DNA of 64,000 nucleotides from Alphaproteobacteria bacterium (GTDB lineage Bacteria; Pseudomonadota; Alphaproteobacteria; CAAHEQ01; UBA3637): NCBI GenBank assembly GCA_045632845.1, contig JAZQXL010000020.1, positions 35,386 to 99,385 of the forward strand, read 5' to 3'. Shown piece by piece: positions 58,402 to 64,000 of this stretch (position 1 is its first letter; each line of letters starts with the position of its first letter). The notes under the pieces were generated by a model. It saw only the letters and a program-made list of their open reading frames with translations, ran no database searches and was not told where the DNA came from. The position numbers and the translations under genes were made by a program.

Positions 58402-59889
58402 ATGGTTGAACAGTTATCAAATACTCTAAACTATGAATGGCAAAAAATCTGCGCTTGTTTAGAGAAAGATCAAGGAAATAAACTCGCAACACGTTTATTA
58501 AAACGTGTTGTCCCCAATGGTATGGTGGAAAATGAAGTTTATTTAAGTGTTCCTACCACTTGTATTCATGATTTTATTAAACAAAACTATGCCGACCAAC
58601 TCCTTTCTTTGTGGAAACAAGAAAATCCTCTTGTTAATGGGTTAAAATTCAAACTCGAATCGCAACCATCTGCATTTATAGCTCCACAACCTGAGACACC
58701 TGTCAAACCTGTTGAGGTTCCAGTTCAACAAATGCCAGAGCAACCCTGTTTTTTTGCAGATGATCAAGCCAAAAGCAAACAGATTCTCTTTGAACAAACT
58801 GAAAATAAAACATTAGAAACAGAGATTATTCCCCAAACGGAAGAAGTTCAAGTTCCTTGCTATTTAGATACAAGTCATACTTTCGACTCCTTTGTTGTGG
58901 GAAAATCTAATGAATTTGCTTATGCTGCAGCACGTCGAGTCGCAGAAGACGATTCAATTTCATTCAATCCTCTTTACATCCATGCCCCTGCAGGACTTGG
59001 AAAAACACACTTAATGCATGCAACGGCATGGCGTATTAAAGAGTTATACCCAGAAAAAACTGTTTTATATTTATCGTCAGAACAATTCTTTCAACAATTT
59101 GTTAAGGCATTAAGATACAACAGTACAGAATCATTCCACAATCTGGTTAGAAATGTTGATGTTTTAATGATTGATGATATTCAATTTATTTTTGGCAAAA
59201 AAGCAACTCAAGAAGAATTTTTCCACACATTCAACACATTAATCGCCCGTGGAAAGAAAGTGATTCTCTCGGCCGATTCAAATCCTTTAGATTTGCAAGG
59301 CATTGAAGATAGGTTAAAAACCAGAATCGCCCAAGGTCTTGTTGTGAACATTCAACCAACATCTTTTGAATTGCGTTTAGGCATTTTGCAAGAAAAAACA
59401 AAAGCATTAAGAACCCCTGTTCCATTAGATGTACTAGAATTTTTGGCAAAAAACATTACAGCCAGTGTCCGTGAATTGGAAGGGGCATTAAAACGAGTCG
59501 TTGCAAAAGCAGAGTTAATTGGAACGCCAATCAATGTTGAAACAACACACGAAATTTTAAGAGATATTATTCAAATTTATGAAAAACAAATCTCGGTTGC
59601 CGATATTTTACAAAGCACTGCAAATTACTATGCACTCAAAATGGCTGATTTAAAATCTGTAAGAAGAGACAGACGAATCGCACGTCCGCGACAATTGGCT
59701 ATGTATCTGTCCAAAATGTTAACACCGCTTTCTTTACCAGATATTGGAACACATTTTGAACGCGACCATACAACCATTTTACATGCAATCAAAACAATTG
59801 AAGGGTTGTTACAAAGAGATTCGCAACTTCAAAAAGATATGCAAAAAATCACTATGAGCTTGAAAGAGGGGAGTTATGCCCAATATTAA
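58402..59889 (+). CDS. dnaA: Chromosomal replication initiator DnaA
   Basis: AAA+ Walker A NPLYIHAPAGLGKTHLMHA, box VII, C-terminal DNA-binding helix. Confidence 0.9.
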   Translation: MVEQLSNTLNYEWQKICACLEKDQGNKLATRLLKRVVPNGMVENEVYLSVPTTCIHDFIKQNYADQLLSLWKQENPLVNGLKFKLESQPSAFIAPQPETPVKPVEVPVQQMPEQPCFFADDQAKSKQILFEQTENKTLETEIIPQTEEVQVPCYLDTSHTFDSFVVGKSNEFAYAAARRVAEDDSISFNPLYIHAPAGLGKTHLMHATAWRIKELYPEKTVLYLSSEQFFQQFVKALRYNSTESFHNLVRNVDVLMIDDIQFIFGKKATQEEFFHTFNTLIARGKKVILSADSNPLDLQGIEDRLKTRIAQGLVVNIQPTSFELRLGILQEKTKALRTPVPLDVLEFLAKNITASVRELEGALKRVVAKAELIGTPINVETTHEILRDIIQIYEKQISVADILQSTANYYALKMADLKSVRRDRRIARPRQLAMYLSKMLTPLSLPDIGTHFERDHTTILHAIKTIEGLLQRDSQLQKDMQKITMSLKEGSYAQY

Positions 59890-60328
59890 TTCTTTCAATA
59901 ACCCATTTATGTTGGGATTTGAAGAATTTGAAAATATGCTCCTTCAAATTTCAAAGGGTTCAGAAAATTTTCCTCCTTACAACATTGAACAGTTGGATGA
60001 AGAATATTTAAGATTAACATTAGCTGTTGCAGGATACAAGGAACAAGATTTGGAAGTTTCAATGGAGGAAAATCAACTTACCATTAGAGGAAAACAATTT
60101 AATGATCCCAATCGTCATTTTATCCACAAAGGAATATCCTCTCGCTCTTTTATTAAATCTTTTGTTTTAGCAGATGGACTTGAAATAAAAGGCGCTATAT
60201 TGGAAGACGGATTATTAAAAATAGATTTCAAAAGAAAAATCAAACAAAAAAACATTCAAAAAATTACAATTAAAACTCAACAATCAAGCCAGTTGGTTTT
60301 ATCAACAAAAGGAGATGAAGATGAGTAA
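59876..60328 (+). CDS. Small heat-shock protein (Hsp20 / alpha-crystallin, IbpA-like)
   Basis: alpha-crystallin domain PPYNIEQLDEEYLRLTLAVAGYKEQDLEVSMEENQLTIRGK. Confidence 0.75.
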   Translation: MPNINSFNNPFMLGFEEFENMLLQISKGSENFPPYNIEQLDEEYLRLTLAVAGYKEQDLEVSMEENQLTIRGKQFNDPNRHFIHKGISSRSFIKSFVLADGLEIKGAILEDGLLKIDFKRKIKQKNIQKITIKTQQSSQLVLSTKGDEDE

Positions 60329-60545
60329 GGAAATTAATATTGATATAAATGATGAAGCTTTATCTTTATTGAATATGGTTACCTTCACTTCAGAAAAAGC
60401 TTATATCAAGCAAGAATCTCTTAATAACGACATGGTTTGGTCTATCTATAATGAACAAGGTGAAAAGATGGGATACGCTGCGTCTAGAGAAGTTGCCTTT
60501 GCAATTGTCAGCCAAAATCAATTCATTGGATTGAGTGTTCATTAA
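60315..60545 (+). CDS. DUF1150-like small protein (typical hsp20 neighbour in Rhizobiales-like genomes)
   Basis: 76 aa, AYIKQE...W.IY...G...G.A.SREVAFAI...GLSVH pattern, 14-nt overlap with hsp20. Confidence 0.45.
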   Translation: MKMSKEINIDINDEALSLLNMVTFTSEKAYIKQESLNNDMVWSIYNEQGEKMGYAASREVAFAIVSQNQFIGLSVH

Positions 60546-60686
60546 AAAATATTTTTTCTCTCTTGAAAAAGCATTTTAATCTCCCTATACTCATTAGGTC
60601 ATCAAAAGTCTTCGTCAAAGGAATGAACAAAACAAGTTCACCAAAGATTGTTAAGGTATTAAAAAGATGATATAATTTACAAAAAT

Positions 60687-60905
60687 ATGGAGTATAAAAA
60701 AATGCAAACAGGCAAAGTAAAATGGTTTAATTACAAAAAAGGTTATGGATTTATCACACCTGACGAAGGTGAAAAGGACGTTTTTGTTCATATCACAGCC
60801 TTGCACGCTTCAAAATTGCGTGTTTTAGAAGACAATCAACCAATTTCTTATGATTTAAAAGAAGAAAATGGCAAAATCTGTGCCACAAATCTTGTTTTAG
60901 GTTAA
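60687..60905 (+). CDS. cspA: Cold-shock protein (CspA family)
   Basis: GKVKWFNYKKGYGFITPDEGEKDVFVHITA (RNP1/RNP2 motifs). Confidence 0.85.
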   Translation: MEYKKMQTGKVKWFNYKKGYGFITPDEGEKDVFVHITALHASKLRVLEDNQPISYDLKEENGKICATNLVLG

Positions 60906-60913
60906 TCTAAAAA

Positions 60914-60966
60914 AACTCCCAATCAAAAGCTGTAATTCATTACTCATTTTGATGGGAGTTTTTTTA
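60914..60966 (+). terminator. Intrinsic terminator after cspA (AACTCCCAATCAAAA...TTTTGATGGGAGTT plus T-run)
   Basis: 14-bp stem plus T-run. Confidence 0.55.
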
Positions 60967-61041
60967 ATACCCATTTTTAAAGATAGATTCTTGCTTAAAA
61001 GACTAAATTATGGTACTCTAAAAGTATAAGGAGGGTGCCAA

Positions 61042-63168
61042 ATGAATAAAAAAACATCTCAAAAAATGCCATCCATGAAAGAGTTGATTGATTATCTCAA
61101 TCAACAAACAGGTACCATCGATAAGCGTACCATCGCCAAACGATTTAAAATAAAAGGCGATGACAGAAGAGAACTTAAAAATATGCTTAAGGAATTAAAA
61201 AATTCAGGCATCATTGAGCATAGAGAAAATACAAAGAAAAATCGTCTTCATATCGCAGGAAAACTCAGCGAATATGAACAAATAGAAATTACAGGCATTG
61301 ATTCTATGGGTGACTTGATTGCCCGTCCACTTGATTGGAAATCTAGACAAGAAGTCCCTCAAATTATCATCACAAAAAACAAAATTAATCCCCCTGCTGG
61401 TGTGGGAGATGTTGTTCAAGCCAGATTAAAAAGCATTAAAAAACTTATGTATGAAGGCGAAGTTATCAGACGGATTACAACAAGCGGCAACCAAATGGTT
61501 GGCGTATATGAGAACAACAAAGTTTATTCTGTTGATCGCAGATTAAAACAAGCATTTAACTTAATTGATGTTCCAAAAGGTGTGCAAAACAAAGACATTC
61601 TCTTAGTTGAAATACCCATGATAAGATCTAGAGAACCCGTTGCAAAATTCATTCAAAAAATTGGTTCTTCCCTAGATCCTTTTGCAGCAACTCTCATTGC
61701 TATTTATATGCACCGCCTGCCCATAATGTTTTTCAAACAAACGGAAAAAGAAGTTCAAAACTTAACCATTCCTCCTGTGGATAAAAACAGAATTGATTTA
61801 AGAAAAATTCCTTTTGTTACCATCGATGGAGCTGATGCAAAAGATTTTGACGATGCTGTATGGGCTGAAAAAGATACATCAAGCGAAAATCCAGGCGGCT
61901 ACCACATTATGGTTGCTATTGCTGATGTCAGTTGGTATGTCAGATGTGAAAGCGCTCTTGATAGTGATGCAAAATTAAGGGGTAACTCCACCTATTTTCC
62001 AGACCGAGTTTTACCAATGCTTCCCTTTGAAGTATCCAATGGTGTCTGCTCTTTAAAACCTCACGAAGATAGGGCCGCCCTTGTATGCGAAATGTGGATT
62101 GACAAATCTGGTATTAAGAAAAAACACCGATTTGTTCGCGCTCTTATTCGTTCAGAACGCAGATTAACCTATCCAGAAGTTGAAGAAGCCATTCAAGGCC
62201 ACACACCCATTGTTGGACTTGAAGAAGAAATTGAAACGCTTAAAAATGTTTATCTCCTTCTTAAAAAACAACGCAAAAAAAGAGGTGTTATTGAAATTGA
62301 TGTTCCAGAACAACAAGTTGAACTAACCAAAGATGGTCACATCAAATCTATTCATCCAAGGCAAACTCTTTCAAGTATGCAATTGATTGAAGAGTTAATG
62401 ATTCTTTCCAATGTTTCAGCAGCCGAAACATTGGAAGAAAAACACATGCCAACCATGTATCGTGTGCATGATAGACCTTCTGAAGAAAAATTAAAAACAT
62501 TAAACAACTTTTTAAAATCGATTAGAATCATTAAAAAACCGTTCACCGAACAAGCCGAACCAAAAGACTTTAATTTAGTTTTAGAAAAAGCACGAACCAG
62601 TGACAAAAACTTTGCCATCAATGAGTTTGTATTAAGGAGTCAATCTCAAGCTTGTTACAGCTCTGAAAACATTGGTCACTTTGGATTAGCGCTTTTAAAA
62701 TATGCACACTTCACCTCTCCTATTCGAAGATATTCAGACTTAATGGTTCATAGAGCACTTGTTGATGCTTTAAAATTAGGAGATGGTGGTTTAAGCAAAG
62801 AAAGCATTGCTAATTTTGACAACACAGCAAAACACATTTCACAAACAGAAAGACAATCAGCCGCAGCAGAACAAGATGCTGTTGATAGATACATCGCCTC
62901 TTATTTAAAAAACAAAGAAAACAAAACATTTAAAGTGCGAATCTCTTCTATCACAAACTTTGGGCTTTTTGTGCGCCTCGAATCGTTTGGCGCAGATGGA
63001 TTCATTCCAATGAGATATCTAGGTGGCGATTATTATGATTATAACGAACAAGCTCAAATTTTGGAAGGCAGATCAACTGGGAAAAAATTCCAAGTTGGTG
63101 AAACTATCCATGCTGTTTTAAAAGAAGTTTCTCCTATCACAGGTGGTCTTTTATTCAAACCAAAATAA
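61042..63168 (+). CDS. rnr: Ribonuclease R (RNB family 3'-5' exoribonuclease with C-terminal S1 domain)
   Basis: RNB domain (IDGADAKDFDDAV), C-terminal S1 (KVRISSITNFGLFVRL); RBS AAGGAGGG. Confidence 0.85.
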   Translation: MNKKTSQKMPSMKELIDYLNQQTGTIDKRTIAKRFKIKGDDRRELKNMLKELKNSGIIEHRENTKKNRLHIAGKLSEYEQIEITGIDSMGDLIARPLDWKSRQEVPQIIITKNKINPPAGVGDVVQARLKSIKKLMYEGEVIRRITTSGNQMVGVYENNKVYSVDRRLKQAFNLIDVPKGVQNKDILLVEIPMIRSREPVAKFIQKIGSSLDPFAATLIAIYMHRLPIMFFKQTEKEVQNLTIPPVDKNRIDLRKIPFVTIDGADAKDFDDAVWAEKDTSSENPGGYHIMVAIADVSWYVRCESALDSDAKLRGNSTYFPDRVLPMLPFEVSNGVCSLKPHEDRAALVCEMWIDKSGIKKKHRFVRALIRSERRLTYPEVEEAIQGHTPIVGLEEEIETLKNVYLLLKKQRKKRGVIEIDVPEQQVELTKDGHIKSIHPRQTLSSMQLIEELMILSNVSAAETLEEKHMPTMYRVHDRPSEEKLKTLNNFLKSIRIIKKPFTEQAEPKDFNLVLEKARTSDKNFAINEFVLRSQSQACYSSENIGHFGLALLKYAHFTSPIRRYSDLMVHRALVDALKLGDGGLSKESIANFDNTAKHISQTERQSAAAEQDAVDRYIASYLKNKENKTFKVRISSITNFGLFVRLESFGADGFIPMRYLGGDYYDYNEQAQILEGRSTGKKFQVGETIHAVLKEVSPITGGLLFKPK

Positions 63169-63183
63169 ATTAAATATCACACA

Positions 63184-63214
63184 AAAAAAGAACCAACAAT
63201 TGTTGGTTCTTTTT
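63184..63214. terminator. Bidirectional intrinsic terminator (AAAGAACCAACAATTGTTGGTTCTTT) between rnr and recA
   Basis: perfect palindrome flanked by A/T runs. Confidence 0.55.
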
Positions 63215-63235
63215 CGTTTCACATACCGTTAAGAA

Positions 63236-64000
63236 TTAATCTGCTGCCGCCTCATCACCATCTGCCATCATCATTTGACGGGACAAATCTGTTGCATTAG
63301 ATCTGATTGTTTTTTCAATCTCTTCAGCAATTTCTGGATGTGCTTTTAAATAAGTTCTAGCAGATTCACGCCCTTGACCAATTCTTTCCCCTTTGCAAGA
63401 GAACCAAGAACCAGCTTTTTCAATAATGCCTGCTTTGACGCCCAAATCCAAAAGTTCACCTGTTTTTGAAATACCTTCGCCATAAAGAATATCAAAATCA
63501 ACTGTTTTGAATGGTGGTGCAACCTTGTTTTTAACAATTTTAACACGTGTTTGGTTACCAACAGTATTTTCTTTATCTTTAACAGCACCGATTCTACGAA
63601 TGTCCAAACGAACAGAGGCATAGAACTTTAACGCATTACCACCGGTTGTTGTTTCAGGATTACCAAACATAACACCAATTTTCATACGAATTTGGTTAAT
63701 AAAGATAACAAGTGTGTTTGCTCTTGAAACAGAAGCTGTGATTTTTCTTAAAGCTTGACTCATCAAACGAGCTTGCAATCCCATGTGAGAATCACCCATT
63801 TCACCTTCAAGTTCAGCTTTTGGAACCAGTGCTGCAACAGAGTCAACAACCAACACATCAATTGTGCCAGAACGAACCAACGTATCCGCAATTTCCAAAG
63901 CTTGTTCCCCTGTATCTGGTTGAGAAATCAAAAGCTCATTAATGTTAACACCTAATTTACCAGCATAAATTGGATCCATTGCATGTTCAGCGTCAATATA
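63236..64000 (-). CDS. recA: Recombinase RecA, C-terminal ~255 aa; the N-terminus is beyond the window end
   Basis: [17 protein letters not shown]...[37 protein letters not shown] canonical RecA; frame open to position 64000. Confidence 0.9.
   Translation of the reverse strand, partial: YIDAEHAMDPIYAGKLGVNINELLISQPDTGEQALEIADTLVRSGTIDVLVVDSVAALVPKAELEGEMGDSHMGLQARLMSQALRKITASVSRANTLVIFINQIRMKIGVMFGNPETTTGGNALKFYASVRLDIRRIGAVKDKENTVGNQTRVKIVKNKVAPPFKTVDFDILYGEGISKTGELLDLGVKAGIIEKAGSWFSCKGERIGQGRESARTYLKAHPEIAEEIEKTIRSNATDLSRQMMMADGDEAAAD

Noticed and set aside
60118-60126. Perfect DnaA box TTATCCACA
   Set aside because: Single occurrence inside the hsp20 coding sequence, with no clustered boxes or AT-rich unwinding element; not an origin
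1-64000. CRISPR array search (regularly spaced short direct repeats)
   Set aside because: No repeat-spacer periodicity seen. The only tandem repeat is the two-copy ~115-bp tRNA-Arg duplication, and the ~23-aa periodicity at 56258-57436 is protein-coding (MORN repeats)

Overview
This is an AT-rich (roughly 30-35% GC by eye) bacterial chromosomal segment whose gene content and arrangement look alphaproteobacterial. The markers are a two-piece permuted tmRNA with an ANDNFAPVALAA tag, SspB-alpha, an RHH_4 protein, a ChpT-like phosphotransferase, an hsp20-DUF1150 pair and the 3' end of a virB11 gene. Housekeeping genes include ileS, sucCD, rho, rlmB, rlmH, radA, dnaA, rnr, recA, cspA and uppP, plus an RND efflux operon, two Mla/Mce-type ABC systems, a large MscK-like channel and a MoxR-DUF58 module. 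The stretch from about 19.45 to 33 kb looks accessory. It holds tRNA-Arg and tRNA-Gln with a tandem duplication of the tRNA-Arg 3' end and GC-rich structured non-coding DNA. It also holds a divergently arranged Dcm-type C5-methyltransferase / candidate restriction endonuclease cassette with an ASCH-like protein, flanked by imperfect direct repeats. After that come an acyltransferase, a 457-aa protein with two HEPN-like Rx4H motifs behind a consensus promoter, a signal-peptide-bearing GuaD-like CDA-fold deaminase, a GNAT, and a translationally coupled 262-aa plus 1224-aa pair of unknown proteins. Next to this region is an NrtR-regulated NAD salvage operon (pncA-nadM-pncB-nadE). Three tandem paralogous genes with roughly 35-aa PxLL helical repeats (mTERF-like) sit in an operon between rlmB and ssrA-sspB. 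Features the ORF track missed: the tmRNA, rpmG (L33, 55 aa) and three tRNAs. Coordinates for RNA and regulatory features were counted by hand and may be off by 1-2 nt.
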